53,950 nucleotides of DNA from an uncultured Chloroflexia bacterium (GTDB lineage Bacteria > Chloroflexota > Dehalococcoidia > SZUA-161), in NCBI GenBank assembly GCA_963827295.1, contig CAWHAI010000016.1:1-53950 (forward strand), written 5' to 3'. This document shows positions 10,092 through 20,262 of the stretch, piece after piece. The position numbers were made by a program, and so were the translations under genes. The notes below the pieces were generated by a model that was not told the DNA's origin, searched no databases, and saw nothing but the letters and a program-made list of their open reading frames with translations. The stretch's first letter is position 1. Each line of letters starts with the position of its first letter.

Positions 10092-10298
10092 TTATCGCTC
10101 CGGGGGTTGGAGCGCTTTTCGGGGCTTTGCTGTATTTACCTGCCCCGCCTTCGGCGGGCCTCCCCGCTCCCAGGTAGTGGGGAAGGACTTACTGGCTCCG
10201 CACTTCTTGCAGGTACCAAAATTCTTCTCGTTTATTATCCAGTGGTGCACACATCCTTCGACCTCGTTCCCATACACTATCCCACTCTCATTCTTCAT
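10092..10298 (-). CDS. small putative Zn-ribbon protein (CxHHW...CxxC)
   Basis: 'CVHHWII...GTCKKCG' with a GGGGGTG RBS. Confidence 0.7.
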   Translation of the reverse strand: MKNESGIVYGNEVEGCVHHWIINEKNFGTCKKCGASKSFPTTWERGGPPKAGQVNTAKPRKALQPPER

Positions 10299-10436
10299 CT
10301 CTCACCCCCTCGGATGAATTGGGAACCTGCTTCAAACCAGGGTGCCTTGTGATGCGCAATAACAGAACTGATTTACAAAGGGAAACCGGGCACCATTCCC
10401 AACTGCCCGTTATCCTCAAATCCTAAACCTTTATCT

Positions 10437-10748
10437 CTACCGCTTCGTTTTAGAGTAGCAGTCAGAGCAATACACCGGCCGCCCGTTTCGAGGCTCGAAG
10501 GGGACCTGGGTGTTCTTGCCGCAAGAGGCGCATACAGCAGGATGCATTTCACGCTGCTGCCTATAGCCTCCGCCCCCGCTACCATAGCCTCCACCACCGC
10601 GCTGTTGTTTCCTGGCCGCTCTGCATTCAGGACAACGCCCCGGCTCATTGGTGAAGCCTTTGGAAGCGAAGAACTCCTGCTCGGAAGCGCTAAAGGTGAA
10701 ACCTGTGCCGCAATCCGAACAAGTTAGAGTTTTGTCCGCGTAGCTCAT
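10437..10748 (-). CDS. zinc-ribbon / CxxC-x17-CxxC domain protein
   Basis: 'DKTLTCSDCG..F.F...EQEFF..KGF..EP.RC..CR', a Gly-rich linker, and 'C..CGK...VPFEP..GRPVYCSDCY'; AAGGAGG RBS. Confidence 0.92.
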   Translation of the reverse strand: MSYADKTLTCSDCGTGFTFSASEQEFFASKGFTNEPGRCPECRAARKQQRGGGGYGSGGGGYRQQREMHPAVCASCGKNTQVPFEPRNGRPVYCSDCYSKTKR

Positions 10749-11007
10749 GGATGACCTCCTTGTTTTATGACCTGATTACAGTTTGATCATCCATGGCCTG
10801 GGGAATGCCTGAGAATTAGAACAGGTCGGGGAATAACAAACTTTGAACAGGTTATTGATGTTATGGTAACATAAAATTGGAATTTGTCAAGCTTGAGAGA
10901 GAAGCTTGAGTAATATCGACTGGCTATACCGCCCCAACGAGTGAAATTTCTACAGATTTCCCCTGCCTTATAGAATTATTGTATAATACCTCGCGAAAGA
11001 GCTACTT

Positions 11008-11538
11008 ATGAGCTTGCTAGGATTTACACGAAAACTGGGAATAGAGACCTGCCTTGAATTCGACCCTAAGCTCCTTGTCCCGGAACAGAGGATAAGGGAG
11101 CTTTGCTTTGAGAATAAATGCGGGAATTACGGCAACAACTATATGTGCCCTCCTCATGTAGGCTCGGTGTATGAAATCAGGATTCGACTAAAGAAATTCC
11201 AACAAGGCGTGCTGTTGCAATATTCAAAAGCCCTTGATGTTACCAGCGACATCGAAGGTCTGAGGCAGACCAAAATAGATTTTCACAATAAGGTGCTGCA
11301 ACTGGAAGACTCCCTGAGAAACGACAGGCTAAAGCATGTCTGGGGGATGATCGGCGGGAACTGTGCGCTTTGTGAGGTTTGCAAAGCCAGAACTGTTGAG
11401 CCATGCCCTTATCCCGATAAGGCGAGGACTTCGCTGGAGTCGTTGGCAATTAATGTTGTAGGCTTGCTGGAGGGGTTCGGGCTGGACAGCAAGTTCCATC
11501 GGAATAAGATAACCTGGACAGGCTGCATTCTGTATTGA
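11008..11538 (+). CDS. DUF2284 predicted metal-binding protein
   Basis: Motifs 'C..N.CG.YG.N..CPP' and 'GNC.LC..C......CPYPDKAR.S.E'. Confidence 0.85.
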   Translation: MSLLGFTRKLGIETCLEFDPKLLVPEQRIRELCFENKCGNYGNNYMCPPHVGSVYEIRIRLKKFQQGVLLQYSKALDVTSDIEGLRQTKIDFHNKVLQLEDSLRNDRLKHVWGMIGGNCALCEVCKARTVEPCPYPDKARTSLESLAINVVGLLEGFGLDSKFHRNKITWTGCILY

Positions 11539-11550
11539 GTTTCCCCAACT

Positions 11551-12546
11551 CTACACCGGCCCTTCGGAGAGCCGAACTGACTCAGCGTAACCTATCCCTA
11601 AAACGGCCTTGCCATCCATGTGCCCGGATACAGCCGTCCTGCCCTCCCAAAAGTGGAAGGGGGGGATGGACAGTGTCTCGAACATCCTTATCTCCTGCTG
11701 GGCATGCCGTGCTTTGACTTGTAAATCCATGCCTCGAGCCTGTTCTCGAATCCTCCAGCTTGTGCCGTACTCCTTGCCGCTTTGCGGAGAAACCCATGAG
11801 TCCAGCTTCTCCAGCACAAGATAACGCGTATGGTAGACCGAGTTGTCGGGGAACATGATGGTCAGGTCTTCTGACCTGACCGATTCGTCAGGGTTGACGA
11901 TACGCCAGAAGACCATCTCGGTATCGTTATCGAGCTGGGCAGCAAACCAGTCCCAGCCTCCCTGGCCCAGGGAGTTAATCCACTGGTGGTCCATCCAGCC
12001 GATGCCCTCGACGTCCAGCTTTTTCCCAGCTAGCTCAAGCTGTCCTTTAGCTTTGAGGCGAGTGAGAGAATAATAATATGAGTCTCCACCGGTCCATTCG
12101 CTAATGCCGTACCCACTGCCAAGAAGAGGGGGCTTCTCTGAAACAAGAGCCAGATTCAGGCCGAGCCCGGCACCGTATGTTTCAAGGTTGTAGGAGGGTA
12201 AACGCGAGCCGGTGCGGAACCAATGGTCACGGCCCCAGCGCAGGTCGAGTTTCCGCTCGACATAATGTAGTGCCGAGCCGGAGGCGAAGTGGTAAAATTG
12301 CCCCGACGCAAGCTCGGAGATCGAGAGAATCCTGAGTCCGAGTGTGAAATAAGCCACCATAGCCCCGTATTCCCCGCCCTCGGCATCGGTGAGGCTGAAA
12401 TGCCCATACCACCACTCTGCAGGAAACGCCGGGTGTGCCCCCTCGTCCTGCGGGAAGCGAATTCGGGGCCGACCTAACTTCTTTCGTATCACAGTTGAAT
12501 TCTCGCTGCCATCGCTGCCTTTGTCAAGCTCGCTCGAAAAAACCAC
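11551..12546 (-). CDS. CrtC/AttH-like lipocalin-fold protein (carotenoid 1,2-hydratase family)
   Basis: Motifs 'H....AEWWY', 'SYYYSLTRL', 'WMDHQW', 'GWDWF' and 'FWEG'. The start is uncertain. Confidence 0.85.
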   Translation of the reverse strand: MVFSSELDKGSDGSENSTVIRKKLGRPRIRFPQDEGAHPAFPAEWWYGHFSLTDAEGGEYGAMVAYFTLGLRILSISELASGQFYHFASGSALHYVERKLDLRWGRDHWFRTGSRLPSYNLETYGAGLGLNLALVSEKPPLLGSGYGISEWTGGDSYYYSLTRLKAKGQLELAGKKLDVEGIGWMDHQWINSLGQGGWDWFAAQLDNDTEMVFWRIVNPDESVRSEDLTIMFPDNSVYHTRYLVLEKLDSWVSPQSGKEYGTSWRIREQARGMDLQVKARHAQQEIRMFETLSIPPFHFWEGRTAVSGHMDGKAVLGIGYAESVRLSEGPV

Positions 12547-12623
12547 GAACGGATGAAATTAGTAAACAAGATGATAAACTAAGGGTTAGCCAGACCACGA
12601 ACAGCGATAGGGGAGGATGAAGG

Positions 12624-13121
12624 ATGGCAGACAATCTAAAGATAGTCAACAAGGCCATAGAGGAACATCACGCCATCAGGGGACATGTGAAGCTTGTAGG
12701 GGACTCGGTATCCGACCTGGAGGCTTTGTTCGCCCTGCAAAAGGCGCGCCCTGACTGGATTCTCAGCGCGCCGGAGGCTTTGGCCGAGAAACGGGGTGAG
12801 CTGCAGCGAACTATAAGCGCCCTTGACGAGGGCCTCAAAAACCACTTCAGCTTCGAGGAAAAGGTGTTCCCTCCCTTGTTCGGCGAATTGCTCATGAGGG
12901 CGCTATTGCTCGAGCACCAAGGGATAAAGAAACAGATAGATGAAGCCAAATCATTAGTAGCTAAAATAAAGTTAGAAGGGTTGAGCCAGAAGGAACTGCT
13001 GTCCAAGAAGTCCCAAATACAACAGAAGGTCGAGGGCATCCTCCAGCTTGTGGAAGAGCACGCCGGCAGAGAGGAAACCATCCTGAAGATGCTGAAAAAG
13101 GCGCTGGAAGCCAAAAAGTAA
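12624..13121 (+). CDS. hemerythrin-like domain protein
   Basis: Metal-ligand spacing 'EEH', 'HFSFEE', 'EH', 'HAGREE'; GGAGG RBS. Confidence 0.8.
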   Translation: MADNLKIVNKAIEEHHAIRGHVKLVGDSVSDLEALFALQKARPDWILSAPEALAEKRGELQRTISALDEGLKNHFSFEEKVFPPLFGELLMRALLLEHQGIKKQIDEAKSLVAKIKLEGLSQKELLSKKSQIQQKVEGILQLVEEHAGREETILKMLKKALEAKK

Positions 13122-13279
13122 TCTGCGATATGCTTATCTCGCTGCAAAATCCCTCATTTCTCTCTCCACTCAGCCTAGCCTGCCGACCAGCTTTGTGGTA
13201 TCATATTATTTAATGCGGTTTTTAGGGTTCAAAAACGTTCGGCGATCAGCTCGCCAACGTCCGCGATATAGATAAAAAC

Positions 13280-14910
13280 GTGTCAAAAGAGCAAGCAAAT
13301 AACAATGATATAACGGCCGAGCGGGTTGGTATCAACTCCCTGCCCAGGCGACAGGTGCTCATCACACTAGCCGGTGTGCTGCTGGCTATGTTCCTGAGCT
13401 CGCTGGACCAGACGGTCGTCGGCACCGCCATGCCCCGAATCATCACCGACCTGGGCGGATTCACCCAATATACCTGGGTAACCACAGCCTACATAATCAC
13501 CTCCACCATCGCCATACCCATTACCGGCAAGCTGACCGATATGTACGGCCGCAAGTGGTTCTATATCGGCGGATTAGCAATCTTCATAGTGGGTTCCCTT
13601 CTCTGCGGCCTCAGCCATACCATGACGCAACTCATCTTCTTTCGAGGCTTTCAGGGCATAGGCGCAGGAATCATGATGGCCAATGCCTTCACTGTTATCG
13701 GCGACATTTTCCCGCCTGCCGAACGTGGAAAGTATCAAGGCCTCATGGCGGGAGTCTTCGGACTATCCTCCATCATCGGGCCAACTCTCGGCGGATACAT
13801 AACCGATACCCTGTCCTGGCACTGGGTCTTTTTCGTCAATATCCCTCTGGGAGTCTTAATTGTTGTCACTGTTCATATTTTTCTTTCCCCACTCTCAGAC
13901 CCGACCAACTGAAACATAAAATTGACTATCTGGGCATAACGACGCTGATACTTGCTGTGGTGCCAATGTTGCTAGCCCTGACCTGGGGCGGTGTCGAGTA
14001 TCCCTGGGGTTCCGCTCGAATAATCGGCATGTTTGTTTTCTCAGCAGCTATGATTCCTCTTTTTATCGTATTCGAGAGCCGGGCCGAGGAACCTATCATC
14101 CCCATGTGGCTTTTTAAGAACCGAATCGTAGCTGTTTCAGTATTCATCATTTTCATCACGGGTTTAGGTATGTTCGGCGGCATTATCTTCATACCTCTCT
14201 TCTTTCAGGGGGTACTAGGGCAATCAGCCACCAACAGCGGCACCTTCCTTACTCCAATGATGCTGGGTCTGGTAGCAGGTTCCGTTATCTCAGGGCAGTT
14301 GCTCTCGCGCGCAGGGGGGCACTACCGACTCCAGGGTGTGGTAGGGCTGGGGATCATGGCCCTGGGAATGGTCATGCTCTCCAGGATGTCACCGGAGACC
14401 AGCAATGCGAGGGCTATAACAAACATAGTAATAACTGGTTTCGGGTTGGGCATCACCATGCCCCTCTATATCATCGCAGTTCAAAATGCGGTCCCTTATT
14501 CTGTTCTAGGGGCAGCTACATCTTCGGCTGCTTTCTTCCGCTCTATAGGCGGTGCCTTCGGATTAACTATCTTTGGCTCAGTGATGAACAATCGTTTTGC
14601 CTCCGAATTTATGGGGGGGCTTCCTGCTCAAGCGAAAGCGGTCATCCCACCGGCGCAATTAGATCTCCTGGTGCACAACCCGCAAGCACTGTTTAGCATC
14701 AATGCAACAGACCAATTAAAAAGCTCCCTCGAGCAACTAGGGCCACAAGGGGCAGCGCTATTTGACCAAGTAATGCAGACGCTTAAGTCAGCTCTTAATT
14801 CCGGTATAACAGAGGTCTTTTTTATAGCTCTTATCCTGGTCGCTGTTGGCTGGGTGGCCAACCTCTTCCTTAAGGAAATCCCATTGCGCAAGCAATACCG
14901 AGAAGACTAG
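13280..14910 (+). CDS. DHA2 (EmrB/QacA) MFS drug efflux transporter (frameshift near 13870)
   Basis: 'LDQTVVGTAMP', 'GKLTDMYGRK' and 'WHWVFFVNIP' continue in another frame into 'IDYLG...'. Confidence 0.92.
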
Positions 14911-14966
14911 GGAAAACTATCGTCAACTAAACCACTCGCCAGGGAAGATTCTATCTTTCTGGTACC

Positions 14967-15633
14967 CTATTTTGTCGTTCCCTTGGTGCTGGGGACATCG
15001 CTTCCCACCCTTTCATCTATCCTGGTGGCCATGTCCAGCGACCTTGCTAGCGCTTTAAACAGCGCCTCCACCCTGTGATGGTCATTGCCTCTGGCCAGAA
15101 GCCTAGCGTGCAGGTTGAGCTTAGCTTCCATAGCGAAGGTCTGCAGGAAGTGCTGGATAAGGTCGGTGTCCAGGCCGCTAATATCCCTGCCCTCGATAGG
15201 GACTTCGACGACAGCGAAGCCCCTGCCGCCAAAATCCAGCGCTACTAGCGACAGCGCCTCGTCCATAGGTACTACAGCGTTCCCCATCCTGACGATGCCC
15301 CGCCGCTCCCCTAGCGCCTGGTCGAATGCTTGACCCAAGCATTTGGCAACATCCTCCAGAGTGTGATGGTGCCCAACCTTAAGGTCTCCCGTCGCTTCAA
15401 TTGTTATGTCGAACAGGCCATGACGGGCTATCTGCTCTATGAGGTGGTCGAGCATACCTATGCCGGTGTTAGCCTTGCACTTGCCCTTGCCGTCGAGCGC
15501 AAGCTCCACCTTGACCTTGGTTTCGGCTGTCTCGCGGCTGACTGTGGCTTGCCTTTTCTTGGCAGCCTTAGTGGTCTTAGCGGTGCTTAGCGGTCTTAGC
15601 AGTCTTAGCAGTCTTAGTAGTTTTATCGGCCAT
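14967..15633 (-). CDS. hisB: imidazoleglycerol-phosphate dehydratase (frameshift near 15586 in the N-terminal repeat)
   Basis: Motifs 'TGIGMLDHL', 'HHTLED', 'PMDEAL', 'NDHHRVEALFKA' and 'VPSTKG'. Upstream in-frame 'RQATVSRETAETKV'. The ATG at 15633 lies 2 nt after the hisC stop. Confidence 0.95.
15567..15621 (-). repeat. 9-bp tandem repeat (ACYRCTAAG)x6 encoding T-[AT]-K
   Basis: Read directly from the sequence; one unit has a 1-bp insertion. Confidence 0.85.
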
Positions 15634-15634
15634 T

Positions 15635-16741
15635 CTACCCTCCTTCGTGTTTTGCCAGTGCTTCGATCAAAGCATCGGTATGCTCCGGCTTGCCTACACT
15701 TATACGCAGTGTGTCCCTAAGCAAAGGGGTATCGAAGTACCTTACGAAGATGCCTTTGCTATCAAGTCCTTGCTTTATTTTCCGGGCATTGCCCTTAGCT
15801 ACACGGCATAGTATGAAATTGGCTTGAGAAGGGAGAGGAACAAGCACCCCTTGTTTCCTCAGCTTTTCGGAGAGCCGCTCCCGTTCAGCAATGATTGCGT
15901 TGACTTTGCCTTGAAGGTAATCCTTATCCGCCAGAGATTCCTTCACTGCAATCATCGCCGCTGCATTCACATTATAGGGGATTTTTATCCTGCGAATAAG
16001 CTCAGCAATATTGACAGAGAAAATTCCGTAACCAGCCCTTAGGCCACCCAGCCCTGCCCATTTGCTGAACGAGCGCAGAACAATTAGATTGGAATACCGA
16101 GGAACTAAGGGAGCTACCGTTTTGCCGCAAAACTCGTAATATGCCTCGTCCACAACCACAACCACGCCAGTATCGACCAGCTTCAGTAGGTCGCTCTGAG
16201 AGGTAGCATTCCCTGAAGGGTTATTGGGGGAAGCGATGAAGATAACCTTCGTCCTCTCGTCAATGGCCGATTTCACACCGGCGATATCTACCTCGTATGC
16301 ATCGGTGCGGGGCACAGTGACCGTTTTGCCACCGCAGACCGCTGTGCTGAAGGGATACATGCCGAAGGTAGGCACACAGTTAATCACCTTATCTCCAGGC
16401 TCGAGGAAGAGGCGTAAAGTCAGATCGATGAGTTCGTCGCTGCCACTACCAGCGACGATATGCTCCCGGCCGACCCCTACATATTTCTCCAGAGGCCCCA
16501 TTATCTCCCGATGCAGAGGGTCGGGGTATATATGATAGAAAGGATATTCTGCCAGCGCGCGGCGCACTCTAGGTGAGCAGCCGTACGGGTTCTCGTTGCC
16601 ATCAAGCTTTATCAGCTTCTCGACTGGAACGCCACAACGCTCGCTGAGCACCTCGAGCGGCACAATAGGCTCATAGGGCTCGATGCCTGACAAATCGCCT
16701 CTGATAAGCCTCCCAGCGCCTCTAGCGGTACTTCGGGCCAT
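15635..16741 (-). CDS. hisC: histidinol-phosphate aminotransferase
   Basis: Motifs 'KLDGNENP', 'SPNNPSG', 'VDEAY' and 'RSFSK..GL.GLR.GY'. Confidence 0.95.
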   Translation of the reverse strand: MARSTARGAGRLIRGDLSGIEPYEPIVPLEVLSERCGVPVEKLIKLDGNENPYGCSPRVRRALAEYPFYHIYPDPLHREIMGPLEKYVGVGREHIVAGSGSDELIDLTLRLFLEPGDKVINCVPTFGMYPFSTAVCGGKTVTVPRTDAYEVDIAGVKSAIDERTKVIFIASPNNPSGNATSQSDLLKLVDTGVVVVVDEAYYEFCGKTVAPLVPRYSNLIVLRSFSKWAGLGGLRAGYGIFSVNIAELIRRIKIPYNVNAAAMIAVKESLADKDYLQGKVNAIIAERERLSEKLRKQGVLVPLPSQANFILCRVAKGNARKIKQGLDSKGIFVRYFDTPLLRDTLRISVGKPEHTDALIEALAKHEGG

Positions 16742-16763
16742 TTTCCCCAACCGTCTCCCTTCC

Positions 16764-18081
16764 CTATTGTTCAAGCCTTTTCTCAACCGACAAGGCATGG
16801 GCGGTCAATCCTTCAGCCCTAGCGATTGCTGCCGACGACGGCCCAAGCAACTTTAAAGCCTTGTCATCCATATCTATCAGTATGGATAACTTGAGGAAAT
16901 CCAGTACGCTAAGGGGTGAGCTGAAGCGGGCGGTTCTGCCCGTAGGCATAACATGGCTGGGGCCTGCGATGTAATCGCCAATAGCCTCCGGCACCCCAAT
17001 GAAGATGCCCCCGGCATTGTGAATGCGCTCAACGTAGGAACGCGCATTTTTTATCATAAGGCAGAGGTGCTCCGGCGCAAACAGGTTCACCAGTTGAATA
17101 GCTTCGTCTATATTGGTCACAATGACTATGCCCCCATTTTGTTCCAGGGCCTGCCAGGCGATGGCTCGCCGCCCCAGCTTAGTAAGTTGACGCTTGACCT
17201 CCTCACTGACCTCCTCTGCCAGGCGAGTTGAGGTTGTGATAAGTATAGCAGAGGCCATCTCATCATGCTCCGCCTGGGCCAGAAGGTCGGCAGCGCAGAA
17301 AACAGGGTTTGCCGAATCGTCTGCTATAATGATAGTTTCGGTGGGGCCATGCAGCCCGTCTATAGCCACAGTCCCATATACCTGCTTCTTGGCCAGTGTG
17401 ACAAAGATGTTGCCCGGCCCGCAAATCTTGTCAACCTTGGGAATAGACTTGGTGCCATAAGCTAAGGCAGCGATGGCCTGAGCCCCTCCAGCCTTGAAAA
17501 CATGGCTCACCTTTGCTATGTCCGCCGCTACCAGAGTAGGCGCTGGTACCATGCCATCAGGGGCAGGCGGGGTGGTGATAACCACCTCATTGACCCCAGC
17601 CACCTTCGCCGGTATGACTGTCATCAGTACTGTTGAGGGGTAATATGCCCTGCCTCCTGGAATATAGACCCCTACCCGCTCCAGAGGGCTGACGATGAAT
17701 CCCAGTCCGTCCTTGACAAAGCCCAACCCAAGCTTCTCCTTCTGAGTCAGATGAAATGCTTGCACCCTCTCTGCCGCCAGTCGCAGGGCACTGACCAAAC
17801 CCTTGTCAACCTTTTTATAGGACTCTGCGATCTCCCCCTTGGTAACCTCGAGTTGAGCCAGCCCCATACCATCGATCTTCTTGCTGAAATCGAGAAGGGC
17901 ATGGTCCCCTCTGGTGCGCACCTCGTTGAGAATCCGCCGCACTGCCTCTTCCGGGGTCATATCCTCATCGAAAATCTCCCTTATCCTCTGCTTAACCCCA
18001 GGCAAAGCCTCAGCGAACTCAACTGTAGGAGCGTCCCAAGAGCAGGGTTTTCGCAGTCTCTAAATCTCGAATTATCCTCAT
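16764..18081 (-). CDS. hisD: histidinol dehydrogenase (frameshift near 18033)
   Basis: Motifs 'GVYIPGG', 'GGAQAIAALAYG', 'GPGNIFV', 'QAEHD' and 'APEHL'. The true start is probably the ATG at 18081 (MRIIRDL...). Confidence 0.93.
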
Positions 18082-18126
18082 CTCAAATACTCCCTGGCCG
18101 CTTTCACTGAGTCGGCTATAGACCGC

Positions 18127-18830
18127 TCACGGAATATAATAATCTCTCTCCTCAGGAACCATCATCCGAACCTGTTCCAGCCTGTCGTCGAAAGAAGCGA
18201 AAAAAGTTTCCTGTTCCTCGGGAGCGATCTGTCGCATCCAGATAAGATACTTCTCTGCAAAATGGCGAAAGTCCTCCCAATTCGACTTCCTAGTAGTAGC
18301 TATGAAGACAAACTCGCGCCATCTTTTCAAACTGGAGGCATCGATAAATCCAACTTCTATCGGTGAGACTGAAATGTTTAACTCAGCCCGGAACTCGACA
18401 TGCCCCTATTGTTGAGCCGTTCTCGACGGTCAAGATCGAATTGAAGCACCCTGTCCAAAAGATTTGCCATCGGGTTGCCATTAATAGGCGAGATTTACCG
18501 AAAAAGTGACGATAAACTTGATATATCCAAGCTTCATCGGTAACAAGGTGAGAGAGGTAGCCAGCAACAAAGGCCCTCGTTGCCGGCAGTCAGGCTGCTC
18601 CTGCGATAAGCTCAGGATGTGACTGAAGCATGAGATTTACCCCACTCTCTCCTTCCTCACAGTCCAGTGGAAGGAAATGTGTATCATCACGGTTAGCACC
18701 AATGAAAAACCGTATGTCCAGGAGCCGTACAGCCTAGGTAATAGCTCCCCTTATTCTCATCCACAATCGGATGGCTCAATCTCGATATCGCTTCCTCTGC
18801 AATACCTAGATGAAGGCAAATCGGAGGCAA
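18127..18830 (-). CDS. zinc-dependent phospholipase C/nuclease P1-like protein (several frameshifts)
   Basis: AAGGAG RBS plus a TTG start. Manual frame-joining gives 'MPPICLHLGIA...YYLGCTAPDIRF...THF...AFVAGYLSHLVTDEAW'. Confidence 0.7.
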
Positions 18831-18882
18831 AGGGCTCCTTTCTCAACAAACAGGGCTTGCCTCTACGCCCCTGCGCATAGTT

Positions 18883-20262
18883 TCAATAAGACTGCTCTAT
18901 CTTATCTTTTTTATCAGGTCGCCTAATAGCTTCAGTATTTCCGATAAGACACGCCGATGACTCAAACAGGGTATTCGATAATCTTGAGATTGTGTCTGGA
19001 GATGGTTGAGCCGGTCTCAGTGTTTTCGATAAGGACATCAGCGTCCTCAGGCAGGAAAGCCTCGCTCGCCCCCCAGGTAGGGATGACCTTATATGGCACC
19101 AGGTGATTATCATGGGCATACTTATCGGCGATATTGACGTACTCCGAGGCTACTCGCAATGAGGAGTCCCTTCTTATTTTCCTCAGATCCTCAGTGCTCG
19201 AAACTGGCATGTCTTTGCTGACCACAGCAACAATCTTCACCTTGCCGAAGCCCAGGGCGAAGCAGCTCACACACCGGACTCGAAGGGAAGCGATAGAGAT
19301 GGTCGCGAAGCCAGTCCCTGCCGGTGATTGCCAGGTCGAAGTTCCCAGTGGCTACCTGAAGAGGCATATCCTGTGGCCTGACCACCTTGACCATCACTCC
19401 ATCGAGATCTATCCGTGGCCTGGACGTTGCCTTGCCCACATTATAACCCTCAATCTTGAGCCCCACCTTGTTCAGGAAATTGACAGCATGACGCTGCTGG
19501 TGCCCATCGGGCAGAGCCAGAGAAACCGAAGGCCCATTTATGGCTACATGATGCGCTTTAAGCCCAGCATCATCGGCTGGAGCTTCCTTGACATAAGATT
19601 CACCAACTCCCACACTGGAGGAGCAGTTGTCATAAAGACGGCTCAAGTCTTTCCTCTCCAAACTATCCTTATTGGCAACCAGGCAGGCGCTGCTTTCGAG
19701 AAGCGTCGCCACCGGGGCCAGGCCCTGCTCGCTAAGTCTATCCGGCGTAGTCTCGGCAATTATCGCCACATCTGCATTCTCCGGTGGGTACACAGCAGCC
19801 GAACCCCATACGGGGAATATCCGAAATCTCCTCAGCCGCTGCTTCAAGGCAAATGACTCGGCCAGATTAGGGTATTCGCTAACAATGCGCAGGCTTTCGG
19901 AACGTCTTTTCAGCGCTTCCAGGGAACGGACCCCTGAAGACTTGGAAACAACAGCGTAGATTCTCCGCTTCCCGTAGCCCAGGTCTCGGCACCTTGGCTA
20001 CAGCGTCGCTGTGATACTTAGCCAGTAGCTCCTCCACCCACTCGAGTCGGCAGATGCCAAGGTCATAGTTGCCGATAGCCACCTGAATGGCGATATCTTT
20101 CTCATGAAACACCTTGAGGAAAAGTTCAGAGTTGGACTCGCACCGCGGCCGATAGGAGCGAGAGCCTTCACGGTAATCGCCAACAGCGAAACCCGCCTCC
20201 TTCAGCAACTCCGCCGTGGTGTTTTGCAGTTGCCCTTTGGGCAAGGCCATCTTTACTCGCAC
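18883..20262 (-). CDS. hisG: ATP phosphoribosyltransferase with two tandem HisG domains (three frameshifts)
   Basis: Two copies of the 'ALP.G...DI/DM..QVA.G..DL.I...DLG[YF]G...R[IV].SEY.N..' pattern. Confidence 0.88.

Noticed and set aside
10338-10412. Cobalamin riboswitch (GGTGCC...AGGGAA)
   Set aside because: It is on the wrong strand for the adjacent genes and lacks the GCxACTG and B12-box elements.
18590-18596. In-frame TGA in the Zn-hydrolase gene as selenocysteine
   Set aside because: It is not at a Cys-type position, I see no SECIS, and neighbouring compensating indels explain it.
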